Shown in pieces: positions 9,444 through 18,473 of a DNA stretch of 64,000 bases. Every line of letters begins with the position of its first letter. Position 1 is the stretch's first letter. Position numbers and translations under genes: made by a program. The stretch is taken from the sequence record MW384823.1. The stretch is one strand, 5' to 3'. The notes beneath the pieces were generated by a model, which made no database searches, had not been told where the DNA came from, and saw only the letters and a list, made by a program, of their open reading frames with translations.

Positions 9444-9983
9444 ATGCGAATTCGTTTTAGCCCTGCATGGGAAGTTCAACCTAACATAGATAAAGTAGCC
9501 AGCGTTAAAAAGTTGGAATTGCTCCAGCCGCTGTTCTTTAACTGGTTATATGACTGTGCTCCCGTTGCATTCAGTTCAAAGCTGTTGCCGGACTGCTCGC
9601 GTGAAACCATCTACAAATCGTTGATGGCACCTCCGCTGCTTCCTGTTAAATATTATGACCAAGTGTTTGACTTGGTTAGACAAGGTTCGAAAGAGTCCCT
9701 TTCCGATTTATATGGGGAACCTTTCACCGAACAGTTGCGCTGGGCTTTCGTCCAACGTAACGATGTTATAGTGGCGTCTCTAGTTGAAGCGAAGGCCGGA
9801 CATCCGGGTTTCACCCTCAACGACGAACGCGCCGCGAAAAAGACGTTCTGCGCAGAACTTTTTAAATATGTGCGTACCAAGACTCGCGTCGTGGATGATT
9901 CATTCAGCACGTCTACGCAGTTTGCTGCTCATGAAGTGCTGACGCAACTCTACGCATGTCATTTATCACACAAGGTAACTTGA
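9444..9983 (+). CDS. Conserved protein upstream of capsid (probable virion protein)
   Basis: ORF track start is 9429; ATG 9444 has SD GGAG at 9431-9434 and is preferred. Confidence 0.65.
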   Translation: MRIRFSPAWEVQPNIDKVASVKKLELLQPLFFNWLYDCAPVAFSSKLLPDCSRETIYKSLMAPPLLPVKYYDQVFDLVRQGSKESLSDLYGEPFTEQLRWAFVQRNDVIVASLVEAKAGHPGFTLNDERAAKKTFCAELFKYVRTKTRVVDDSFSTSTQFAAHEVLTQLYACHLSHKVT

Positions 9984-9984
9984 A

Positions 9985-12306
9985 ATGAAAGAAACTCGAA
10001 TCTCCAATCTGGAGCGACTGATTGAGCAAGGCAACACTCTGGTTGCTAACTCAGCGGTTGGCACCACCACTGCGGATCTGTGGAAAACTGTTGCAGTTGG
10101 CGAATCTGTTCGTAGTAACGCACATGCATTCTCTACCGCTGTAAACAACGCTGGTCAGGCATACGCTGCTGTGTACGGCGGTAAGCAGATGTCTCACGCG
10201 GCGCAGGTTGCGTCTGCCATGATTCTTTCTGCCATGGGCAACGAAGAAGAGTTCATGTCCAAGCCTGCTCGCGAATCTGCCGACAAGCGCTGGAACAACT
10301 ACATGGAAGTTGCCATCCCTGGCCAAGCTTCCCTGAACGCTGACTACGGCAAAACGCCGCTGGTTGCGACCGAATACTACACCAACAAAGATCTGGACAA
10401 AAACCTGGGTCTGACTTGGACTCTGAACGTCCGCGCGCTGGAAACCCAGTCTGCGTTCGCTGAGAAACTGTTCCCGACCATCACTGTTGACACCAACGAC
10501 GTTGGTATCACCGTGCGTACCAAAATCACCACCGTAACCCGTGGTATTCTGAACGCGCTGCTGGCGAAAGACAGCGTCATCGATGATCGTAAACCGCTGC
10601 ACAACGCACTGACCGACCACACCGTGCTGCAAGACGATGCTATCCGCATCGTGCCGTACGTGATGGAAGATGGCGACAACGCCGAATACTTCGTGAGCGA
10701 TGACATCATCGAAAACGAAACCGTGCGTCTGGGCCGCGTGCCTCCGTACCCGACTAACTATCTGGACATCAGCAAGCTGAAAGGCAACCTGTTCCGTCTG
10801 GCAGCGCATCCGGGTATCGTAGCTGAAGGCTACGACGAAACTGACGAAATCGCACCGGGTGCCGCACTGGGCTCGCTGCTGGTTTCTGTCCGTAAGCCGG
10901 GCGACGATGTGAAGGCTGGTAAGAAAATCATCCTGAACACTCGCGACATGCAGTTCGCAAGCTTCCAGCGTCCTCCTGAAGGTGACGGTCGTGAGCTGGT
11001 CCTCCAGTTCCGTCGTACTCAGTTCGCACTGAACGGCGACTCTCTGGATTATAAAGGCGATGACATCCCTGCGCTGTCTGCCCTGAAACAGAGCAAGTAC
11101 ACCCTGCGCTACGTGATCAACATCACCATGAGCCTGTTCACCAACGGTCAGCGCTCCGGCCAGTACGAAATCAGCGGTGCCAACCTGTCTATCGAAGATC
11201 TGGTTGATGCAACTGGTGCAGAAGTGTCGATGGATTCCGGTATCGGTAAAACCATCATGGACAACCTGAAAATCGAACTGCTGGGCTGGCGCTTCGACGG
11301 TACTCGTACCAACGAGAACCGGAGAACTCAGGGCCTGCTGCTGGACCCGGTCTGGGAACAAGAGAACTACAAGCTGCAATACGGTTCTCCGATCATGACC
11401 AAACAGCCGGTTGGCGTTGAGTACGATGACGCTGAGCGTCTGGATGACCTGGTTTCTGCGGTTAACATCCGTAACGAAATGCTGGCCATCACTCAGACCC
11501 TGTCTTACACCGATGCGGTTAAGCAGGCAAAAGCCACTATGGTTACGCAGTGGGATAAAACTGCTATCCGTGGTCTGGGTCGTCACTGGGTTGCGCCGTG
11601 GTTCGAAGAAGTCGACTTCAACGTTGACAAAATCGTCCAGTCTCTGGAAACCAAAGACGCGCTGATCAACGCCCGTCAGGCGCTGCTGCAACGTATCGCT
11701 GACCAGGTTACTCGTGCTATCCAGGATAGCCGTTACATGCCTGCTCTGCGTCTGTTGACTGCAAACCCGCAAGCTGTACCGAAAGTTGTGATTGCAACTG
11801 ACGAACCTACTGCTGCAATGCTGCTGCTGCAAGTTGGTGAAACTCGCCTGCTGGGCGACCGTTACGACTACGAAGTTGTGACCACCAACGATGACCGCTG
11901 GCGCATCAAGAACGAGGCTGACGGTTCTTGGACTCGTCGTCTGCAATGGGTTCTGAAAGTTGACGGTGTTGAAGACGGTTCTTACTGTGTTCTGAACTGG
12001 GGTAACCACTTCTGGTCTCCGATCATGGTAACCAACATCAACATCCAGCGTAACGGTTCTACCAGCAAAGAACTTGCTGTGCAGCCTCGTAACGCGCACA
12101 TCTGCCACTGCCCGATCACTGGTCTGATCTGGGTTAAAGGTATCACCAAACTGGTTGAGCAGAAACTGGCTTACAACGTTGTTACCACTGAAAGTGGCGA
12201 CGGCGCGACCGCAGGCGGCAACGCTGGCGCGGTAGCTGGTGACGCGAACACCTCTGGTACTACCACTCAGAGCGCTGGTACTTCTACCACTGCTCCGAAA
12301 AGCTAA
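9985..12306 (+). CDS. Major capsid protein (phiKZ/SPN3US-type precursor)
   Basis: 773 aa with the strongest codon bias in the window; sits beside the helicase. Candidate prohead-protease site ATE at residue 130; LFPTITV and LLGWRFDGTRTNENRRTQGLLLD motifs. Confidence 0.9.
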   Translation: MKETRISNLERLIEQGNTLVANSAVGTTTADLWKTVAVGESVRSNAHAFSTAVNNAGQAYAAVYGGKQMSHAAQVASAMILSAMGNEEEFMSKPARESADKRWNNYMEVAIPGQASLNADYGKTPLVATEYYTNKDLDKNLGLTWTLNVRALETQSAFAEKLFPTITVDTNDVGITVRTKITTVTRGILNALLAKDSVIDDRKPLHNALTDHTVLQDDAIRIVPYVMEDGDNAEYFVSDDIIENETVRLGRVPPYPTNYLDISKLKGNLFRLAAHPGIVAEGYDETDEIAPGAALGSLLVSVRKPGDDVKAGKKIILNTRDMQFASFQRPPEGDGRELVLQFRRTQFALNGDSLDYKGDDIPALSALKQSKYTLRYVINITMSLFTNGQRSGQYEISGANLSIEDLVDATGAEVSMDSGIGKTIMDNLKIELLGWRFDGTRTNENRRTQGLLLDPVWEQENYKLQYGSPIMTKQPVGVEYDDAERLDDLVSAVNIRNEMLAITQTLSYTDAVKQAKATMVTQWDKTAIRGLGRHWVAPWFEEVDFNVDKIVQSLETKDALINARQALLQRIADQVTRAIQDSRYMPALRLLTANPQAVPKVVIATDEPTAAMLLLQVGETRLLGDRYDYEVVTTNDDRWRIKNEADGSWTRRLQWVLKVDGVEDGSYCVLNWGNHFWSPIMVTNINIQRNGSTSKELAVQPRNAHICHCPITGLIWVKGITKLVEQKLAYNVVTTESGDGATAGGNAGAVAGDANTSGTTTQSAGTSTTAPKS

Positions 12307-12326
12307 GCCTTAGGCTGATGCGGAAT

Positions 12327-12362
12327 ACCCTACTCCTTCGGGAGTAGGGTTTTTCTTTTTTT
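12327..12362 (+). terminator. Intrinsic terminator of capsid operon
   Basis: accctactcc-TTCG-ggagtagggt plus long T-tract. Confidence 0.85.
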
Positions 12363-12376
12363 GTCTAAAATTTTTG

Positions 12377-12397
12377 AGATAGATATTATCTAGGGGA
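12377..12397 (+). promoter_or_regulatory. Early promoter motif, copy 2
   Basis: AGATAGATATTATCTAGGGGA. Confidence 0.7.
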
Positions 12398-12431
12398 AGC
12401 AACAACCTTTTCATTTATAAGGAGTATTATC

Positions 12432-13184
12432 GTGGATATCGATTCGTTACCGGTTGTAGAGTTTACTGGCGTAAGCAATGTCGTTCCCGTCTTTGACGGA
12501 TGCGGGTACCTTGTCACGTTTCGAAACGAGGCTAACCACCGAACGTGGTTGAATCTGGCAAACATTAAGAGACCCATCTACATGAGCTGTGATGCCCACG
12601 CAGCATTACTCGCTTACATCGCACAACAGAAGAAAAACGCAGAGAAAAATCTCGGCTGGGGTTTCAGTTCGGATTACTTAATTCTCGGCGACGTACGTTT
12701 CAGTTCGGAATATTTTAATCACGTTTACAACCGTGGCGAGGAGCGTGCTGAGTATCTTGCTAATCTGTACGTGGCGCTGGCGGCAGGATTGACCTTGAAT
12801 TCCCAGTACGATTGGCAACCGCTACCGTGGGATTACAACGGCGCTGTTATCTCGTCATCTTCGCGCCCAGACACATCCCTAATCGTTGCAGCCGATCAGG
12901 GGATGGTGACTTATCTGCGCAAAGAGTTCGTCGAATCACCACATGGACACCATCATTTACAGGGGTTGCTCAGAGAGCGCAACTACAAAGAGTTAGAGAG
13001 TCCAGTTGTTGAAACGGATACAACCTTTATCAAGATTGCCGATCGTCTCCACGGAATTGCCAGCACGGCAACATTCCCGGAGGATGGTTATCAGCTTTCT
13101 ATTGAGCTTGGTTTGGGTAAACTCGATCTCGAATATCTGAGCAAAAAACAGATAATGAAAATGGCGCATGCGCTGATGCCGTAA
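12432..13184 (+). CDS. Hypothetical early protein
   Basis: 250 aa; GTG start with SD aaggag; directly behind promoter motif. Confidence 0.7.
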   Translation: MDIDSLPVVEFTGVSNVVPVFDGCGYLVTFRNEANHRTWLNLANIKRPIYMSCDAHAALLAYIAQQKKNAEKNLGWGFSSDYLILGDVRFSSEYFNHVYNRGEERAEYLANLYVALAAGLTLNSQYDWQPLPWDYNGAVISSSSRPDTSLIVAADQGMVTYLRKEFVESPHGHHHLQGLLRERNYKELESPVVETDTTFIKIADRLHGIASTATFPEDGYQLSIELGLGKLDLEYLSKKQIMKMAHALMP

Positions 13185-13237
13185 CATTTTTACGCCAGAG
13201 GCATAGCCTATGTGCCTCTTTGAATCCAACCATTCTG

Positions 13238-13258
13238 AGATAGATATTATCACTGTGA
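13238..13258 (+). promoter_or_regulatory. Early promoter motif, copy 3 (variant)
   Basis: AGATAGATATTATCACTGTGA, upstream of the operon carrying the nvRNAP subunit. Confidence 0.6.
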
Positions 13259-13291
13259 ATTGACGATTGGTTTTGAAGCTGGAAGTAATTA

Positions 13292-14383
13292 ATGAAACGA
13301 CATAATCTGGATATCGCACCGGTCATCTCGAAGAAGCCTGTTCGGCATAACGCCCTCAGGAAAACCTTCACTTACGAGAACAACACCGGCACGCCAGTCT
13401 ACGTTACGGATTCAACAGGGTCGTACATTATCATTGAACCCAAGAGAAATGTTATCTCGCCAAATGCGATTGTGGTGTATGTCACATACAGCATCCCGGC
13501 GGGAATGGCAAATCTCATTGGCATCGCAGACACCCTACCTGCGGCTGTCTATCAGAATCTGTGTCGTGAACTGGATAGGTTTGGTGAATCCACGCTGATG
13601 TACATCGTGGAAGATCCCGTACCCATTTTACGTGGAGAAGCTATTGTATTGGAGAACCTGGGGTTATCCTTCTCGGTTCGTCCATTAGAACTGGATAAGA
13701 CACCTGTTCGTCGCAATGGCCAAGCGACAGAATTGACGTTAGGTATTGTTGTAGTGCAGAGCCACGAAGACACACGGGTAATAAAGTGGGTTCGGTATTA
13801 CAACACGATGGTTCAGGTGGTTCCAATCAAGGCGAAGTTTTACGAGCCGGGAATGTATCTGGTGATGATGAGTGGGGATATTGTAGAAGGAAGTCGGTTG
13901 CTGCATTTCGACTTCGATGACCCAATGTCACCGATGCGGGGATTTGAAACAGAAGAAGCGGCCCGTCGTTTCAGGTGGGTTACGGATGCTGTTCCTGCAT
14001 TATCTGATCTCAGAAACAAACTCGAAGCGCAAATCGCCGCCAACGACTTGTCTTACGCCCAGCACAAGCAACAGCTAGATGTTGAGCATAGGCGCAAGCT
14101 TAACGAAATGACAATCGAACGGGAGCAACAGGCCGCCCTCTTCAGGGAACTGGAGATGAAGGTTAAACAGCGAGCAGAAGAACGAAAAGACAGCTTTGAT
14201 GAACGGTCTACAATACGTAAAGACCATTACGACGAACGGTCGACCGTCAGGAAAGACCAATCGGATGAACGTAAGGAACATTACGAGAACCGTTCGCAGA
14301 CACGTAAAGACGCGTCTGAAACATTGAAAGCTATCCCAGCCATATTAGCAGCGGGGGTGGCTATCGTAGCGATGCTTATGTGA
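13292..14383 (+). CDS. Hypothetical protein with coiled coil, 11-aa repeats and C-terminal hydrophobic anchor
   Basis: 363 aa; RKDHYDERSTV-type repeats; ends AIPAILAAGVAIVAMLM. Confidence 0.7.
   Translation: MKRHNLDIAPVISKKPVRHNALRKTFTYENNTGTPVYVTDSTGSYIIIEPKRNVISPNAIVVYVTYSIPAGMANLIGIADTLPAAVYQNLCRELDRFGESTLMYIVEDPVPILRGEAIVLENLGLSFSVRPLELDKTPVRRNGQATELTLGIVVVQSHEDTRVIKWVRYYNTMVQVVPIKAKFYEPGMYLVMMSGDIVEGSRLLHFDFDDPMSPMRGFETEEAARRFRWVTDAVPALSDLRNKLEAQIAANDLSYAQHKQQLDVEHRRKLNEMTIEREQQAALFRELEMKVKQRAEERKDSFDERSTIRKDHYDERSTVRKDQSDERKEHYENRSQTRKDASETLKAIPAILAAGVAIVAMLM
14180..14320 (+). repeat. Degenerate 33-nt (11-aa) coding tandem repeat
   Basis: RKDSFDERSTI / RKDHYDERSTV / RKDQSDE(short) / RKEHYENRSQT / RKDASE. 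Confidence 0.75.
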
Positions 14384-14396
14384 GAGGAGAGAATGT

Positions 14397-16166
14397 GTGT
14401 TTGCAGATGCGATAAAACAGTTAAAGGAGTCCGGTAAGATAGTTCCCTTTAACCGCGCAGTGGCAGAAGGCGTCGGCTATGCACAAGCAAAAGATGGTAT
14501 CCATGAACGGGTGTACGGGATTCTGAAACGCGAACTCACGTACGATGCAGAAACCAACCCACGATTGCCCATCGGGTTAGCGGTGCAACAATATCGTTTC
14601 ATGTCACCATTCGAAGCCTTTATCTTTAAGGTGGCAAAGGCAGACAATCGTCAAGCACGGGGTCGTGCACCAGTCTCCATTGCCAGAACCGATCAGTATA
14701 TGATCATGGCCAACATCCGTATTCCGGGAGAGAACCGACTTACTGCACGTCCGATGTATCTGCCGTTTATACGTCGCGGTGGGCTGATGTATTCGTGGGG
14801 TACCTTGTACCACGTTGCACCAGTGATTCACCAACCGGGTATCTGTCGCGAGCACGGCGGTATCTTCATTAACTTCGACTTCACCCGTAAGGTCTCACTG
14901 AAATTCTGTAAGCACTCAGTGAAGATTCTGGTTAACGGGAAAAAGGAGGAAATCTTCCTGCCGGGTACATCGAACCTCTACGTCCCTAAAACGACGCAGG
15001 GGCAAGATTCCGATGAGAAGCCTCTGTTGTATTGGTTGTTCGGTAAGTACGGCTTCAAGCAGGCTGTAGAGCGTTATACGGGCGCACGCGTTGCCATCTG
15101 GCCGTCGTACAATCTCCGGTCTATTGATCTGGATAAATACGTGGTCGTGCAATCGGGTGAACCGCAGCTGGGTAAAAACATCCAGTATGCGATTGTTGTC
15201 CGTCGCGAAGATTTACCGAGCACCGAGAAGTCACGCTGGGATCAGAACGAGCACATGCTGTTGGCGATGTGTGCAGCTTTCTACAAAGCCGCGCATTTCT
15301 ACGCGGGTCGCCGCACTGGTCGGAGTCAGCAACGTAACGCACTGGCACCACTGTTCACCTCCATCAACGAATTCGATGTGGATGGTGACATTGCCAACCT
15401 GAACTCTAAGGATATCTGGAAGGAGATTCTGGGACGCAGTATTCAGGGTACGAAGCCTTCTGATGTGGATTTGCTGCGAAGCATGAACAGCCACTTCATG
15501 GAGTGTGAGCGTTATGTGAACAACACGTTCCGTGCCGAACTCATGGCGGTGGACCCGGACATTGATCCTGAGATGGACATGTTCGACTTCCTGTACTACA
15601 CCACCAAGATGATGGTTCGCACACGTTTGACCAAGCAGGATGACTACTCGTCCATGTATGGCAAGCGCTTAACCGTTACCGATTACCTGTTGCTGGCACC
15701 AAAAGGTTTCACCAGTACGATCTCCAACATCCGTTGGCGGTTGAGTCAGCTGGAGAACCGGACAGCCGAAAGTTGCCACGAAACCATTCGTGATGAATTG
15801 AATAAGAAGATTGTACCTAACCTTGTCTGTCGTGGCATCACGTCGAACGGGGGCATCAACTTCTTCAATGCGTCTACTGAATCGATGGTACTGGCGGTCT
15901 CAACGCACGCAATTGGCCAGACGGAAACAGACAGTAAACGCGGTAAGAAAGGTAAGACTGTTAACCTTAACGACCGTACCAAACACGCTTCGGCGTCGCA
16001 CCTTGAATGCGGTAACGTACACTTCATTCCGAAGTCCGCCCCGTTCAAGTCCAACATCCTCAATGCGTATATGGTGACCAGCCGCCAGCTTGTGATGATG
16101 CGTAACCCGAAACTGAAGAAAGAAATCGAAGCCGCCGAGATTGACATCGCGCAAATCGGCCGATAA
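14397..16166 (+). CDS. Non-virion RNA polymerase beta subunit, N-terminal fragment (phiKZ gp123-like)
   Basis: 589 aa. MYLPFIRRGGLMYSWGTLYHVAPV (beta region A/B-like), MYGKRL, HASASHLECGNVHFIPKSAP (region D-like). Position downstream of capsid and an early promoter. Confidence 0.8.
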   Translation: MFADAIKQLKESGKIVPFNRAVAEGVGYAQAKDGIHERVYGILKRELTYDAETNPRLPIGLAVQQYRFMSPFEAFIFKVAKADNRQARGRAPVSIARTDQYMIMANIRIPGENRLTARPMYLPFIRRGGLMYSWGTLYHVAPVIHQPGICREHGGIFINFDFTRKVSLKFCKHSVKILVNGKKEEIFLPGTSNLYVPKTTQGQDSDEKPLLYWLFGKYGFKQAVERYTGARVAIWPSYNLRSIDLDKYVVVQSGEPQLGKNIQYAIVVRREDLPSTEKSRWDQNEHMLLAMCAAFYKAAHFYAGRRTGRSQQRNALAPLFTSINEFDVDGDIANLNSKDIWKEILGRSIQGTKPSDVDLLRSMNSHFMECERYVNNTFRAELMAVDPDIDPEMDMFDFLYYTTKMMVRTRLTKQDDYSSMYGKRLTVTDYLLLAPKGFTSTISNIRWRLSQLENRTAESCHETIRDELNKKIVPNLVCRGITSNGGINFFNASTESMVLAVSTHAIGQTETDSKRGKKGKTVNLNDRTKHASASHLECGNVHFIPKSAPFKSNILNAYMVTSRQLVMMRNPKLKKEIEAAEIDIAQIGR

Positions 16167-16190
16167 GTATACTTTAAGGAGAATCATTTA

Positions 16191-17759
16191 ATGGCAATTT
16201 CATCCAGTGCAGTCGTGAAAATCATCGAAAGCCGTTTAGCGGCTGGTAATGACACGACGCTTACTGCCATCAATCAGGCCATCAGCGAACGTGGTATCAG
16301 TGCGCAGGATGCACTGGACATCGCTATCCAGATTGGTGACATACTCTTGGCCAAGGGCGTTGCTCAAGACAAGATTGTAGAGAACATTATTTCTGCGTAC
16401 AAAGCCGCTGCTTATCAGCTGTTGCAGAAAGCCGGTATCGCATTCCAAAGCGACCCTGGCCTACATGAACGTCTGAACAAGTTCTTCCAAGAGGTGCGGG
16501 CCATGATTAAGGCATCCGTTCAAACGTCCAGTGGTACATTGGGCGGATTGGTCGGTACCGCAATTCCGGGTGCAAGTTTGTCTGTTGCTCCAAGTGCGCC
16601 AGTGACGTCTTCCCCAATCGGTGATCTGGGCGGGATTCAAGTTGGCGATGGTATCCCCGTAACTCCGGCCGCTACCAGTCCGGGTCTCAGTGCAGTTAGT
16701 GCCGCGCCGCTTGAGGCGTTTGCAGAAACTCCCGCAGTCGCCAAAGCCGCTGCACCACAACAACCCGCGCCAAAGGTGAATCCCGTGTCAAACGCCCCAG
16801 TTAAACAGATTATCGAGGTAGAAGATTTGGAAACGTACGCAGAACATGAACTGTCAACGCCGCGTACTCGCGTGTCGATCAGTGCGAAAGATGCCAATGA
16901 GAAAGTCAACGAGTTCCTGACCACCGGTAACTGGGTTGAACCTCTGGCGGATTTGCTGGCTGGGAAAACCAATGCGGTGTATTACGCGGGCGCAGATATT
17001 CTGGTGCGTGCTAACCGTGTTACCCGTCGCTATCTGGTTAACCCAACGAAAGATGCCGAGTTCGAAACGCGTATTGCGGAGTTCACCTCGCAGCACGAAT
17101 CTCAGCTGGCGCGTCTGGATGATCTCTATGGGATGGATGACCCTGAGAAAATCATCAACGCGGTAACGTCGGTTGTGCAGAAGATGAAAGAGAACATCGT
17201 CTCCTTCTACACCGATATGCTGCGTGAAGGCGCGGCCTCTGAAATCGTGGCATCTGAAGTCGCCCGTTTCACCAACGTTGCACTGGGCACCATGTCCATT
17301 GCGGTACATAACGCGCTGAGCCTCGGTACTAACCGCTGCCAGAGCATTCCAACCAATCCGAAGATTGAGCTGGAACGCAACATGGATGACTTGGAGTTCT
17401 TCTCCGACATCCTGTACCAGAAAACCGTTGGCGATAACGGCTACACCACAGAGCCGGATTTCTTCCGTGAGCTGTTCATGATGGTGGCCTCTTCCCTGCG
17501 CAAAGTGAACGTACGCTACGGTTCTGGTGAGCTGATCGTGCGCCATGAAGTCGCAGAGATTGTGATTCCGGGTAACTACCCAACCCTGAAACGCAATAAC
17601 GTGGTGGGTAAACATTCTCTGGGTGCTACACACGACCCGGTGACCACCATCTTCGAAGAGTTCGTCCGTAACAAGCCAGAAGTGAACGTCATGCTGAAAG
17701 CCGATGAAACTTATCTGCTGCTGAGCACTGGCGAAAACACTGCGCCGATTTATTACTAA
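16191..17759 (+). CDS. Hypothetical two-domain protein with Ala/Pro/Ser linker
   Basis: 522 aa; SD aaggag; low-complexity linker at about aa 110-200. Confidence 0.75.
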   Translation: MAISSSAVVKIIESRLAAGNDTTLTAINQAISERGISAQDALDIAIQIGDILLAKGVAQDKIVENIISAYKAAAYQLLQKAGIAFQSDPGLHERLNKFFQEVRAMIKASVQTSSGTLGGLVGTAIPGASLSVAPSAPVTSSPIGDLGGIQVGDGIPVTPAATSPGLSAVSAAPLEAFAETPAVAKAAAPQQPAPKVNPVSNAPVKQIIEVEDLETYAEHELSTPRTRVSISAKDANEKVNEFLTTGNWVEPLADLLAGKTNAVYYAGADILVRANRVTRRYLVNPTKDAEFETRIAEFTSQHESQLARLDDLYGMDDPEKIINAVTSVVQKMKENIVSFYTDMLREGAASEIVASEVARFTNVALGTMSIAVHNALSLGTNRCQSIPTNPKIELERNMDDLEFFSDILYQKTVGDNGYTTEPDFFRELFMMVASSLRKVNVRYGSGELIVRHEVAEIVIPGNYPTLKRNNVVGKHSLGATHDPVTTIFEEFVRNKPEVNVMLKADETYLLLSTGENTAPIYY

Positions 17760-17770
17760 GTGAATCAAAC

Positions 17771-17804
17771 AGGTGACCTTCGGGTCACCTTGTTTTATTT
17801 TTTT
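17771..17804 (+). terminator. Intrinsic terminator
   Basis: aggtgacc-TTCG-ggtcacct plus T-tract. Confidence 0.8.
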
Positions 17805-17819
17805 AATCAGGAGAAAAAG

Positions 17820-18086
17820 ATGTTAACGGTTGACATTTTAGATTCTACCGGCAAGAAGTTGTTCGACTTCGATCTGTCGGTGACAGGTGGTAAGGTGTTG
17901 GAATTTGCCAAAGCCTGCGATCGCAACGAAACCATGGTCATCAAGAACAAACGCACCGTGCGTTATTCGATGGTGAAAAAAGAACTGGATGCGTGCTTAC
18001 GGGGAACATTAATTGCGCACCACTTAGCCCGGCTCAACTCTCTCGACCCCCACTTCACCTTCATTACTCACGATTATTATAGATAA
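17820..18086 (+). CDS. Hypothetical protein (88 aa)
   Basis: ATG 17820 after SD aggag; the track start overlaps the terminator. Confidence 0.6.
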   Translation: MLTVDILDSTGKKLFDFDLSVTGGKVLEFAKACDRNETMVIKNKRTVRYSMVKKELDACLRGTLIAHHLARLNSLDPHFTFITHDYYR

Positions 18087-18109
18087 CGTGATACACGCTG
18101 AGGTGTAAG

Positions 18110-18415
18110 ATGGTCAAGTTGCTTGTAATCGAGTTAAATCAGTACCGGGATGTGTTGCATCGGTTCGAGCTGCCTGACAATGTAGCGACTACCGCGTTTA
18201 TGGAACGCTTCCGGGGAACCAAGACAGCCATCTATGGTGGTCGTCGCTGGACAGTCTATTATAACGTGCGTGGGGCGCTCACAGACGCGTTAACCGCAGG
18301 AAAGGTAAAGGAGACCACCACATTCTTAAAAGCCTACGAGAAAGACCCGCTGGCGATTGGTATCATGCTGGCCGAGAAAGAACAGATCGGACGTCCTGCC
18401 CAACCGGACGAATAA
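18110..18415 (+). CDS. Hypothetical protein
   Basis: 101 aa; SD gaggt. Confidence 0.65.
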   Translation: MVKLLVIELNQYRDVLHRFELPDNVATTAFMERFRGTKTAIYGGRRWTVYYNVRGALTDALTAGKVKETTTFLKAYEKDPLAIGIMLAEKEQIGRPAQPDE

Positions 18416-18468
18416 AAAAAGAGCAAACTCCTACCCGAAGGTAGGAGTTGCGCTACTTATTTTTTTTT
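18415..18468. terminator. Bidirectional intrinsic terminator between convergent genes
   Basis: A-tract, aactcctacc-CGAA-ggtaggagtt, T-tract. The loop reads TTCG on the minus strand. Confidence 0.75.
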
Positions 18469-18473
18469 GCTAT

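Noticed and set aside
10051-12108. 685-aa antisense ORF over the capsid gene
   Set aside because: Shadow of strong codon bias (no stops in the reverse frame); no SD, no motifs, composition typical of antisense translation.
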